DNA of 64,000 nucleotides from contig JBAYLE010000004.1 in the NCBI GenBank assembly GCA_041664225.1, positions 10,640 through 74,639 on the forward strand, written 5' to 3'. Shown here piece by piece: positions 9,208 to 18,833 of the stretch. The notes beneath the pieces were generated by a model. That model was given only the letters and a program-made list of their open reading frames with translations. It was not told the origin of the DNA and did no database searches. This stretch comes from Parcubacteria group bacterium (GTDB taxonomy: Bacteria; Patescibacteriota; Minisyncoccia; Moranbacterales; UBA2206). A program made the position numbers and the translations under genes. Every line of letters begins with the position of its first letter. Positions within the stretch are counted from its first letter, which is position 1.

Positions 9208-10203
9208 ATGAATAAAATATTTCCCCAAAAATTGAAAAAGGGTGACACGGTGCAAGTTGTTGCGCCGGCTTGCTCGCTGGGAATCATCTCAAAAGAAAAC
9301 CGAGAAATTTCCAATCAGCGCTTTGAGGAAATGGGACTCAAAGTAATTTTTGGCAAGCATGTTGAGGAGATGGACGAGTTTCGCTCTTCTAGCATCGAAT
9401 CACGCATCAAAGATTTGCATGATGCTTTTAGCAATCAGGAAGCGAAAGCCATCTTTTCCGTGATTGGGGGTTTTAACAGCAATCAGCTTTTAAAATATAT
9501 CGATTGGGATCTGATCGGAAATAATCCTAAAATTTTTTGTGGCTATTCGGATATCACGGTTCTCAACAACGCAATTTTTGCCAAAACGGGATTGGTGAAT
9601 TATTCCGGGCCGGCTTATGCAACTTTTGGACAAAAACTGGGTTTCGAATATTCTCTGGATTATTTTCAAAAATGTGTATTTGATGATAAGGATTTTGAAA
9701 TTATTCCTTCCAAAAAATGGAGCGACGACGCGTGGTATCTGGATCAAGGGAAGAGAATATTTTTAGAAAATGAAGGTCCATTGGTCATCAACGAGGGAGA
9801 GGCGGAGGGAACAATTATTGGAGGAAATCTTTGCACACTTAATTTGATTCAAGGGACGGAATATTTTCCCGATCTGTCAGGCTCGATTTTGTTTTTAGAA
9901 GACGATGATTTAGGTGGAAAACTAACGGACGTGGAGTTTGACAGAAACCTACAATCACTTATCCAACAACCCGGCTTCGCGGGTGTTAGGGGGATAGTTA
10001 TGGGGCGTTTCCAAAAAAGCTCTGAAGTGAAAAATGAAAAATTGATAAAAATAATCAAAACTAAAAAAGAACTAGGCGGCATTCCAGTCGTTGCTAACGT
10101 AGATTTTGGACACACGCAATCGATGATAACTTTCCCGATCGGGGGAGAAGTGAAAATAATGGCAAAAAAAGACGGGGCTAAAATTGAGATATGGAGACAC
10201 TAA
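9208..10203 (+). CDS. S66 peptidase (LD-carboxypeptidase/MccF family)
   Basis: GYSDIT, GGNL, FLED, DFGHT. Confidence 0.9.
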   Translation: MNKIFPQKLKKGDTVQVVAPACSLGIISKENREISNQRFEEMGLKVIFGKHVEEMDEFRSSSIESRIKDLHDAFSNQEAKAIFSVIGGFNSNQLLKYIDWDLIGNNPKIFCGYSDITVLNNAIFAKTGLVNYSGPAYATFGQKLGFEYSLDYFQKCVFDDKDFEIIPSKKWSDDAWYLDQGKRIFLENEGPLVINEGEAEGTIIGGNLCTLNLIQGTEYFPDLSGSILFLEDDDLGGKLTDVEFDRNLQSLIQQPGFAGVRGIVMGRFQKSSEVKNEKLIKIIKTKKELGGIPVVANVDFGHTQSMITFPIGGEVKIMAKKDGAKIEIWRH

Positions 10204-10374
10204 AAAAGCGTAGAATTTCTTGACGAATAAAAACAACCGGATGGAATTTTGCCAGTTTCCGTTTTTTGTTTCAATGTCTACATGATACGTTTTGCTTTTT
10301 TGATTAATTTTAGTATAGTTTATTTATGCTAATTTTTCGGTAAGACTGCATAATTGAAAGCGACTAAGAGTTAA

Positions 10375-11869
10375 TTGGGTTTAAATTATGGCGCAATGAA
10401 AAATGTTGAAAATAATGATTATCGAGTGAAGATGTCGAGGCATTTGAAGCAAAAAAAACGAAAAAAGATCATTCTTTCAAAGAGATACTTGAAGGCCAGG
10501 TGGAAGCATTTTCTTAGTCAGGATGTGGACGGAATCTTATTGATAGAGGGAGTAGGGGTAATCGATCTGCAAAAAAAATATGGCACCCCACTGTTTATTT
10601 TGATTGAAGAAGAAATACGCGCAAAGGTGCGTGAATTTATTCACGCATTCGATTATGTTCCATTTAAGATGCGATATGCATCAAAATGCAATTCAAATTT
10701 AGAGGTTCTTAGAATTATTAGGGAAGAAGGAGCTGAATTAGACGCGAGTAGCATCGGAGAAATCATTCTTGGCTTACTAGCTGATTTTTTACCCGAGCAA
10801 ATAAACTTTACTAATTTGTATAAAACTGAGCAGGATATTATGTTTGCTGCCTCTGTTGGGGTACACTCGATAACTCTGGATTCTCTGGAAGAGCTAGATA
10901 TGGCCGTTACTATCTCTGAAAAATTCAAAAAAAGTATCCCAATAATGGTGCGGGTTAATCCAATGATTCACGAGGGTAAGTATAATACGCAACATCAACA
11001 ATACGGCATACCACACGCATATATACGGGGGGGCGTTGATAAAAATAAAAGAGGCAAAATATTTAAAATTAAGAGGATTCCATTTTCATGGATCATATGC
11101 ATACAATCATAGAGGGTATTTTTTGGCAGCGAAGAAAATAACATCCTTGGCGAAATTAGCCGAAAAATATGGACTAAAAATAGACAGCATCGACTTGGGT
11201 GGTGGGTTTCCGATTGAGTCTCCAAAGGCTATGCGACCGGGGAAATATTTTACTTTTAAAGAGTTTGCGGAAAAGTTTGTACCTTTTTTTAAAAAATTAT
11301 GCAAAAAACAAAATCTAGGAAATATTACATTAATATTTGAACCCGGTAAGTCGATTGTGGCTAACTCTGGCATTGGGTTAATACAGGTGGTTAGCCGAAA
11401 GAAATTAAATTCAAAAGAGATGCTAGTTACCAATTCGTCTTGTTATTCTATGTTACCTGACATATTAGTTTCCAAATGTGTTTATGATGTGCTGCCAGCA
11501 AGCAAGATGAAGGCTCCAAGAACGCACGAGTATGATATTGCTGGGTGTACTTGTGATTGCATTGATATTATTAAGAAAAAAGAATTAATGCCTAAGCTGG
11601 AAGGTAACGATTTGTTGGCTGTAATGGATTGTGGCGCGTATAGCTCAGTGTTGAGTTCAAATTTTAATAGTCTCAAGAGAGCACCAGTTATTATGGTAAG
11701 TAGGGATGGCAAAAGTCGACTAGTTCGTCGAGGAGATAGATTCTCCGAGATGTTTGGTCCAGAGTTGGATGTGCTCAAAGTAGCTGATCCGAAAGAGCTT
11801 AAAAAATTTTATAATTTAGCGAGATTAAACATAAATAAAGTTTGGGGAGGGCAAGATAAGAAGCATTGA
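10375..11869 (+). pseudogene. Fold-III PLP decarboxylase (Orn/Arg/DAP family) split by a +1 frameshift at a G7 run (ORFs 10375-11112 and 11036-11869)
   Basis: YASKCN in the first ORF; DLGGG, EPGKS, GCTCDCID, GAYS in the second; removing one G at 11027-11033 fuses them (IRGALIKIKE). Confidence 0.8.
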
Positions 11870-11963
11870 ATTTTCAAGGCATTGATTGGATTATAATTTA
11901 CTAAAAAGTTACATAAAAAAGCATGCGTTTGACAGTTTTCCATGTATATAATAAAATTAATTT

Positions 11964-12035
11964 ATGAATAAATCACAGATAAACTCACTGCGACGTCGTA
12001 GAAACCCGGAGGCTATGCTCAGAGTTGTTTGTTAG
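11964..12035 (+). CDS. Arg-rich leader peptide MNKSQINSLRRRRNPEAMLRVVC
   Basis: cga cgt cgt aga run upstream of argS; ttgaca-17-taaaat promoter with ATG 7 nt downstream. Confidence 0.85.
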   Translation: MNKSQINSLRRRRNPEAMLRVVC

Positions 12036-12094
12036 TGTTTAAAATAAGCGAAATTATTTAAAATATTGTCAAACGGCTCCGGTCGTTTGTTTTT
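12022..12094 (+). promoter_or_regulatory. Attenuator: antiterminator 12022-12040/12061-12079, terminator 12070-12094
   Basis: gagttgtttgttagtgttt pairs with aaatattgtcaaacggctc; hairpin caaacggc-tccg-gtcgtttg plus T5. Confidence 0.8.
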
Positions 12095-12204
12095 GATTAA
12101 GAGGTTGACTTTTTTCAAAAATAGGGTTAGTCTTTATTGATGTCGCATTCGCGGCAGAAGTAAATAAATGTCCCTTGACAATATAAAGAAAGAGAGGAAA
12201 AAAT

Positions 12205-14046
12205 ATGACTATCAATAGTATTAAACTGCATATCTTAGGCATAACTCAAGAGGTTATCCAAAGGGTATTAGGAAAGCAAATCAACAATCTGTCAATCAGC
12301 TACCCTCCGGATGTTAAATTTGGAGATTTCTCGATTGAGTTTTTTTCGGTCGTGAAAGAGGAGGTTAAAAGTCTTTTGGGAGGCATTTCCAAGGAAGAAA
12401 TGGGAAAAGAGGAAAAAGAAGCCTACAAAAAGGGCATGGCGAAAGGGATTCAAGACGCTATTGCAAAAATAGCTAAATCTGTTGCCGAAATTCCTGCGGA
12501 CGATGTTATCGAAAAAGTGAGCATCGTTGGTCCATATGTGAATTTCAAAGTTAGAAACTCTGCCTATTTCGGATCAATTTTCTCGGAAGTTATTGAAAAA
12601 GGAGGATTATTCGGAACTTCAAATGTTGGATCAGGACAGAAAGTGATGGTTGAATATCTTTCACCAAACACCAACAAACCTCTTCACCTTGGACATTTGC
12701 GGAACGGATCGACTGGTATGTCAATTTCAAATATCCTCGCATTCTGCGGGTATGACGTTGTGAAGAGCAATCTTGTGAATGATCGCGGTGTGCATATTTG
12801 CAAATCAATGCTGGCTTGGCAGAGGTGGGGCAACGGAGAAACGCCCCAATCAGCGGGATTGAAAGGTGACCACTTTGTTGGTAAATGGTATGTGCGTTAC
12901 AGTCAGGAAGAAGAAAAAGATCCTTTACTCGCTGAAGAAGTCCAAGTGATGCTCAAGAAGTGGGAAGAGGGAGACCCGGAAACGATTGAGCTTTGGGAAA
13001 AAATGAATGGCTGGGTTTATGAGGGCTTTGCCGAAACCTACCGTGACTTCGGGTTGGAATTCGATACGTTTTATTACGAATCGCAAACCTATATGTTAGG
13101 CAAAGACATCATTGAAGAGGGTCTCGCAAAAGGAGTTTTCAAACGGGATGAAAAGAATATAGTTACCTTCTTCTTACCAGAAGAATTTGGAAAAGACAAA
13201 GAAGGTAACGATAAAAGGGTGACAGTTCTGCGTTCTGATGGCACCAGTGTGTATATCACCCAGGATCTGGGAACTGCCCTTAAAAAAGTGGAGGATCACA
13301 AGTTGGACCGTTCGATCTATGTCGTCGGTTCGGAGCAAGTTCACCATTTCAAGTGTCTGTTTATGATTCTCAAGGCCCTCGGTTATGAGTGGGCAGAAAA
13401 TTGCTTCCATCTTTCGTACGGGATGGTTTATCTGCCCGAAGGCAAGATGAAGTCTCGGGAAGGAAAAGTAGTGGATGCTGACAATCTCATCAAGGATGTT
13501 GAGAAAATAGTATCTGGTGAAATCGAAAAAAGAAATCTGGATATTTCTACGGACGAACTTGAAAGGAGGGCGCATATTATCGCAATAGGTGCGATAAAAT
13601 TTCATTTGCTGCGGGTAACCCCTGGCCAGGATATTCATTTTGATCCTAAGGAGTCAGTTTCTCTGGATGGGTTTACTGCCTCTTATTGCCAATATGCCTA
13701 TGTGAGGGCAGCGGCTATTTTGAGGGCAGTGAAAGATTCCACAGATGAAATCGATGATATTGACTTCTCAGTGTTGGGTGAGCGGGAAGAAATTATTCTT
13801 GCTCAGAAGATAATGCAATTTCCCGAGATGATCGAATTAGCTGCAAGGGAATTAAATCCATCGCGTATTGCCAGCCATGTTTTTGAAATCGCTCAGGCCT
13901 TCAGTCAGTTCTATAACAAACATTCTGTGCTTAAGATCGAAAATGAACTGACAAAAAAGGCTCGGCTCGCGCTCGTCAGGGCGACGTCCATTGCGATTAG
14001 CAACGGCTTGCATCTACTCGGGATTGAAACTGTGGAAGAAATGTAA
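12205..14046 (+). CDS. argS: Arginine--tRNA ligase
   Basis: VEYLSPNTNKPLHLGH, KMKSREG, YCQYAYVR, C-terminal GIETVEEM. Confidence 0.96.
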   Translation: MTINSIKLHILGITQEVIQRVLGKQINNLSISYPPDVKFGDFSIEFFSVVKEEVKSLLGGISKEEMGKEEKEAYKKGMAKGIQDAIAKIAKSVAEIPADDVIEKVSIVGPYVNFKVRNSAYFGSIFSEVIEKGGLFGTSNVGSGQKVMVEYLSPNTNKPLHLGHLRNGSTGMSISNILAFCGYDVVKSNLVNDRGVHICKSMLAWQRWGNGETPQSAGLKGDHFVGKWYVRYSQEEEKDPLLAEEVQVMLKKWEEGDPETIELWEKMNGWVYEGFAETYRDFGLEFDTFYYESQTYMLGKDIIEEGLAKGVFKRDEKNIVTFFLPEEFGKDKEGNDKRVTVLRSDGTSVYITQDLGTALKKVEDHKLDRSIYVVGSEQVHHFKCLFMILKALGYEWAENCFHLSYGMVYLPEGKMKSREGKVVDADNLIKDVEKIVSGEIEKRNLDISTDELERRAHIIAIGAIKFHLLRVTPGQDIHFDPKESVSLDGFTASYCQYAYVRAAAILRAVKDSTDEIDDIDFSVLGEREEIILAQKIMQFPEMIELAARELNPSRIASHVFEIAQAFSQFYNKHSVLKIENELTKKARLALVRATSIAISNGLHLLGIETVEEM

Positions 14047-14205
14047 AACATTAGCCGATTTGTTTAGTCAGAAAACGGATTTCTAGTAAAAAGCCCTGCT
14101 TTTTATAAGCAGGGCTTTCCCAAATTTATGCGAATTTCAACTTGTTATGCCTGTAACAATATTGACAAAAAATTAATCCTTGTTATACTTGGAAAAACAA
14201 TAAAC

Positions 14206-14289
14206 ATGCAACACACAGCTCCAATAGTAGGCCACAGTAGAGTTTCAGATAAAATTCAAGGTTGTTTGTTGGTGTTTAGTTTAAATTAA
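14206..14289 (+). CDS. Putative leader peptide MQHTAPIVGHSRVSDKIQGCLLVFSLN
   Basis: Follows ttgaca...tgt-tatact promoter; C-terminal half resembles the 29503 leader; overlaps the antiterminator. Confidence 0.65.
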   Translation: MQHTAPIVGHSRVSDKIQGCLLVFSLN

Positions 14290-14331
14290 TTGAATACTGA
14301 CAAGCGACCGTAAGAGTCGCTTTATTTTTTT
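14260..14331 (+). promoter_or_regulatory. Attenuator: 22-bp G:U-rich antiterminator 14260-14281/14288-14309, terminator 14302-14331
   Basis: ggttgtttgttggtgtttagtt pairs with aattgaatactgacaagcgacc; hairpin aagcgac-cgtaaga-gtcgctt plus T-run. Confidence 0.75.
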
Positions 14332-14373
14332 GTTTATTGCAATATTGACAATTAATAAGAGGAGGGTGAAAAG

Positions 14374-14853
14374 TTGAAAAAATGGGAAATCCTATCAATG
14401 ATGTTACAAGGAGAGGAATCGATAATGGGCTATCGGAATTCTTCGGATAGACTCAAAACCCAGTATGAGAATGATTTAGCAGCTATAATTGAGGATGCAA
14501 GGGGAAATATTATAGCCTTTTCAACTCTTTGGGAAACTGAAAGTCCTGATTGGTTGGAATTAGGATCAATATGGACTCATCCCGATTATAGAGGGCGAGG
14601 CTTGGCATCACGTGTGTTTGAGGCTTGTGTTAGAAAATACAAGCAAAAAAATCTTAAAGTCTTTACGATAACACACAATTCAAGAATTGTTCATCTTCTT
14701 AAAAAATATGGATGGCAAGAACGAGGTACTTTGACCTGGGATAAAGTTCCCTTTAGTGTTACTTGCGGTCCATGTGATCGCATCCATGAAAATTTCAAAG
14801 GAACTTGCGTCTTTAAGGCCGTAACTTCAGAGTGCAGGTTGTTTCATGATTAG
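14374..14853 (+). CDS. GNAT acetyltransferase, possibly ArgA-like
   Basis: ELGSIWTHPDYRGRGLA; C-terminal CGPC...C..C cluster. Confidence 0.75.
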   Translation: MKKWEILSMMLQGEESIMGYRNSSDRLKTQYENDLAAIIEDARGNIIAFSTLWETESPDWLELGSIWTHPDYRGRGLASRVFEACVRKYKQKNLKVFTITHNSRIVHLLKKYGWQERGTLTWDKVPFSVTCGPCDRIHENFKGTCVFKAVTSECRLFHD

Positions 14854-14933
14854 GATTGAGGGCGATCATCAATTAATTGATAATCGCCCTTTGTATTTTT
14901 ACATTAATAATTTTTTAATAAAATTTAAAAAAA

Positions 14934-15935
14934 ATGAAATATTCAAAAAAAAGACATCTATTGCAACAACTCCCCACAGGAGAGGAGCACTTGATTTTTT
15001 CATACCACTTTAAGGGGAGTAAAAAGGGTCCGAAAATTTATTTACAGGCCAATCTTCATGGACCAGAAATTTTCGGGACATTTTTGTTGGGTAATTTAAT
15101 CAATTACTTGGAGAATAAAAAAGATTTTCCCGGTGAGGTTATAGTAGTTCCCTGCGCTAATCCGATAGCAGTTAACTCTGTAGCTTACAATTCTATTATT
15201 GGAAGATATAATTTGCAATCAGGAAAAAATTGGAATAGAAATTTTGATGTTGATGCCGAATTTAAAGATCATGGAGAGGAAAAAAAATACTATGTCAAGC
15301 AATTGAAAGAGAGCAGTCTTCCGATTGAAAAAAGGATTTCAGCTATATTGAAACTAATAAGTTCCAATGCTGGTTATATTATAGACATACATACATCGGG
15401 ATCGGAGAGCATAGTGCATTTGTTTACATTTGCCGAATCAAATGAAGTATTTCTTCCGCTTAAGGCCCAAGTGCATATTAACCTTAATTATGATGGTGCC
15501 GTAGGCGCCTTTGATGAATCTAAGGTCGTACCGTTTGTCAATTCATTGTCTAAGTCTGAACTGCCGCATGTTTGTACATGGGAAGCATCTCGTCATGGAC
15601 ACATGAACCAAGAACAAATCGGGAAAAAAACTAAAGAACTTATTAGGTTTTTAGAATCAGTTTGGGTGAAAAATAAAGTAAAGCGTAAAGTTTTACCGAA
15701 AATATTTTCAATCGACAATTCTGATTATCTAGTTTCTCCCGCCAGCGGTTATTACTGCTGGAGAAAAAATGCCGGCACAATCATCAATAAAGGAGAAGTT
15801 TTCGCTGAAGTTTATCAACCATCATCAAATAAAAGAATAGAACTCAGGGCTGATTTTAAATTTATTTTAATTGCTAAATATGGAATCGGAGCTATTGGAA
15901 GAGGTGAACAGATCGGCTGGATGGCTCGATATTAG
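14934..15935 (+). CDS. Succinylglutamate desuccinylase/aspartoacylase (M14-like) family protein
   Basis: LQANLHGPE, PCANP, NWNRNF, IIDIHT. Confidence 0.85.
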   Translation: MKYSKKRHLLQQLPTGEEHLIFSYHFKGSKKGPKIYLQANLHGPEIFGTFLLGNLINYLENKKDFPGEVIVVPCANPIAVNSVAYNSIIGRYNLQSGKNWNRNFDVDAEFKDHGEEKKYYVKQLKESSLPIEKRISAILKLISSNAGYIIDIHTSGSESIVHLFTFAESNEVFLPLKAQVHINLNYDGAVGAFDESKVVPFVNSLSKSELPHVCTWEASRHGHMNQEQIGKKTKELIRFLESVWVKNKVKRKVLPKIFSIDNSDYLVSPASGYYCWRKNAGTIINKGEVFAEVYQPSSNKRIELRADFKFILIAKYGIGAIGRGEQIGWMARY

Positions 15936-15974
15936 TTGTCTCTTGATATGTAGCAAGGCTAACTCAAAGCAAAA

Positions 15975-16085
15975 ATGGTTTTCCGGTCGCGCGGAGGCGG
16001 AATGCATCAAGACGGAGAATGGGTGGACATCCAGTCGCTAATAAAATTTCAGGCCATAATCCTCAATTTTTTGAGAGAAGCGTAG
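15975..16085 (+). pseudogene. C-terminal remnant of an M20/ArgE/DapE-family hydrolase
   Basis: Frame reads ...GGGMHQDGEWVDIQSLIKFQAIILNFLREA*, resembling the M20 C-terminal H-x-x-x-E motif; in-frame stops just upstream. Confidence 0.55.
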
Positions 16086-16194
16086 TGTTTTTTAAAGGGA
16101 TGATCAATTGGCCATCCTTTTTGCTAACTAAATTTCTTTGTGCTATTATTTGGCTAGTTTTAAATAAGGGCATTTTATTTCTAATTTTAACACT

Positions 16195-17469
16195 ATGCAA
16201 AAAGAATCAATTTATAAAAAAGTAGCTTCTCATGAAGCAAAAAAGGGAGAATTTAGTAAATGTCTTCTGCTCTACTCAGGCGGCTTGGACACATCTGTAA
16301 TGCTGAAATGGATTCAGGAAAATTATGAGTGCGAGGTTGTTGCTCTAACGATAGACATTGGCCAAACAGCCGATGATCTCGAATCTATAAAGCAGAAAGG
16401 ATTAAATTTGGGAGCAAAAGATGTAATTATTTATGATGCAAAAGATGAGTTTGCTGATGTTCTTCTTGTTGAGGCAATCAAGGCAAACTCTGATTATCAA
16501 GGAGGCTATGCCTTAAGCACACCGCTTGGAAGGGTTATTATTTCTAAAATTGCGATAGAAGTTGCTAAGCAATATGGTTGTGAGGTTATCGCTCATGGCT
16601 GTACCGGCAAAGGAAATGATCAGGTGAGATTTGAGGGATATCTAACAACGCTGAATCCCAAAATAAAAACTATCGCACCGGTCAGGGAGTGGTCAATGGG
16701 AAGACAAGAAGAAATTGAATATGCGGAAAAACACGGGATTCCAGTAAAGCAACAGAAGGATAAACCATATTCTTACGATGAAAACATGTGGGGAAATACT
16801 GGAGAAGGAGGGGAAATAGAAGATCCAAAACTTATTCCACCACTAAAAAATATTTTACAATGGTGTAAAACTCCCGAGGAATCTCCTGATAAAGAAGAAA
16901 TTATGGAAATTGAATTTTATCAAGGTGTGCCAATTTCATTGAGCGGCCAAAAAATGAAACTGAGCGAGTTAATCATGCAGTGCAATAAAATTGGGGGCTC
17001 GCATGGCGTTGGCGTTTTTCATCTTATTGAAGATAGGATTGTTGGCTTAAAAGTAAGAGGAATTTACGAGAATCCGGGAGCGAGTATTCTGATTGCTGCT
17101 CATAAAAAGCTGGAACAATTAGTATCCACCAGAGAAGAGAACGAACTCAAGTCATTTATAGACAATAAATGGGCGTACTTAACATATGGTGCGAAATGGT
17201 ATGATCCAGCCATGTATCATATCCGTGCCTATATCGGCAGTCAAAATAAAAAGGTTACTGGGAAAGTGAAAGTGAAGCTTTTCAAGGGTAACATAACCGT
17301 GGTTGCGCTGGAATCACCCTATTCACTATTTAATGCTGATCTCGCAACATTTGAAAAAAATGCAACATTCAATCAAAACGCATCTGCCGGATTTATAGAG
17401 ATATATAATCTTGCTCAAAAAACAGCATTTAATGTGTACAGTTTTGAGGATGATTTGTTAAAAAAATAA
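16195..17469 (+). CDS. argG: Argininosuccinate synthase
   Basis: LYSGGLDTS, AHGCTGKGNDQVRFE, YSYDENMWG. Confidence 0.96.
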   Translation: MQKESIYKKVASHEAKKGEFSKCLLLYSGGLDTSVMLKWIQENYECEVVALTIDIGQTADDLESIKQKGLNLGAKDVIIYDAKDEFADVLLVEAIKANSDYQGGYALSTPLGRVIISKIAIEVAKQYGCEVIAHGCTGKGNDQVRFEGYLTTLNPKIKTIAPVREWSMGRQEEIEYAEKHGIPVKQQKDKPYSYDENMWGNTGEGGEIEDPKLIPPLKNILQWCKTPEESPDKEEIMEIEFYQGVPISLSGQKMKLSELIMQCNKIGGSHGVGVFHLIEDRIVGLKVRGIYENPGASILIAAHKKLEQLVSTREENELKSFIDNKWAYLTYGAKWYDPAMYHIRAYIGSQNKKVTGKVKVKLFKGNITVVALESPYSLFNADLATFEKNATFNQNASAGFIEIYNLAQKTAFNVYSFEDDLLKK

Positions 17470-17473
17470 CTTA

Positions 17474-18688
17474 ATGAAAATAAAAAAAGCTAATAAAAAA
17501 ATTTGGCAATTTTCAGGCGCCTCATTGCTGCATCCATTAGTGGAGAAATTTACGGTAGGGGATGATTATTTGTTTGACCAAAAACTCATTCCGTATGACA
17601 TTCAAGCAAGCTTAGCCCATACTGAAATGTTGAAAAAAATTAAAATTATTACAAATACTGAATTCGGTACTCTTAAAAAGGGACTGCAGGAGATCTTAAC
17701 GCAATGGGAGAAAGGAAAATTTGTTATACGACAAAACCAAGAAGACGGGCATACTGCAATCGAACAATTTTTAACTGATAAGTATGGAGAAGTTGGAAAA
17801 AAAATACATACCGGAAGAAGCAGAAATGACCAATCGCTTGTTATGTTGAGGCTGTATATGAAGAATCAGCTGCTTCTTATTGAAAAAATTGTTACTAAAA
17901 TTGAGAAATCATTAGACAAAAAAATTAGGAAAACAAAAGATATTCCAATGCCTGGATACACGCATATGCAAAAAGCAATGCCAACAACAGTTGGAGTATG
18001 GCTAGATTCTTACTTATCCGCGATTGATGACTGTTTGTTTTTAATAAAAGCTATTAAAAAGATGATCGACCAAAATCCCCTAGGTTCTGCTTCTGGATTT
18101 GGAATTATTAATTTTCCACTAGATAGAGATTTGACTACTAAAATTTTGAAATTTGCAAAAACACAAAAAAACCCGATGTATTGCGGATTTTCCAGAGGAT
18201 ACTTTGAAAATATCGTTCTGCAAACATTGTCGAATATTATGATAATCTTTGGGAGATTTGCAAATGATATGGTGATGTTTACAACCCAAGAATTTAATTT
18301 TTTCTCATTACCAGACAATTTTACAACAGGATCTTCTATTATGCCTCAAAAAAGAAATTACGATGTTTTTGAAATAATGAGAGGAAATACAAAAGTCTTT
18401 TGTTCTTTTCAGAATCAAATTCAAAATATCATATCTTCACTCGGAAGTGGTTATAATAGAGATTTGCAATTGACCAAAAAACCTTTTGTTCTAGCAACCA
18501 GCTTATGCGTGTCTACCTGTGAATTAATGCTAGAAATAATAAGTAATTTTAAAATTCATAAAAAATCCCTAAATAAAGCAATGACAAAAGATCTTTTTAT
18601 TACAAATGAAGTTTATGAATTGGTCAAGGATGGTAAAAATTTTAGAGATGCCTATTTGGAAATTAAGGAAAAATGGAATAAAAAATAA
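17474..18688 (+). CDS. argH: Argininosuccinate lyase
   Basis: HTGRSRNDQ, MPGYTHMQ, TGSSIMPQKRN. Confidence 0.95.
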   Translation: MKIKKANKKIWQFSGASLLHPLVEKFTVGDDYLFDQKLIPYDIQASLAHTEMLKKIKIITNTEFGTLKKGLQEILTQWEKGKFVIRQNQEDGHTAIEQFLTDKYGEVGKKIHTGRSRNDQSLVMLRLYMKNQLLLIEKIVTKIEKSLDKKIRKTKDIPMPGYTHMQKAMPTTVGVWLDSYLSAIDDCLFLIKAIKKMIDQNPLGSASGFGIINFPLDRDLTTKILKFAKTQKNPMYCGFSRGYFENIVLQTLSNIMIIFGRFANDMVMFTTQEFNFFSLPDNFTTGSSIMPQKRNYDVFEIMRGNTKVFCSFQNQIQNIISSLGSGYNRDLQLTKKPFVLATSLCVSTCELMLEIISNFKIHKKSLNKAMTKDLFITNEVYELVKDGKNFRDAYLEIKEKWNKK

Positions 18689-18833
18689 GCGGTTTTAGCG
18701 CACTTCGAAAACGACTTTTTTGACTAACATTTTTTCATGTAAGTCTTTTTTTTTGGGCGTTAATTATTTGACACAAGACAGTCCCAGTGCTAATTTTCTT
18801 GGAGGGAGGGCAGGCCTTTAACAACAAAATGAA

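Noticed and set aside
10375-11869. Annotation as lysA
   Set aside because: Substrate loop TCDCID and arg/polyamine context favour Orn/Arg decarboxylase; substrate left open
16019-16225. 68-aa + strand ORF before argG as a leader peptide
   Set aside because: Overlaps the M20 remnant and the argG promoter; no Arg run or antiterminator
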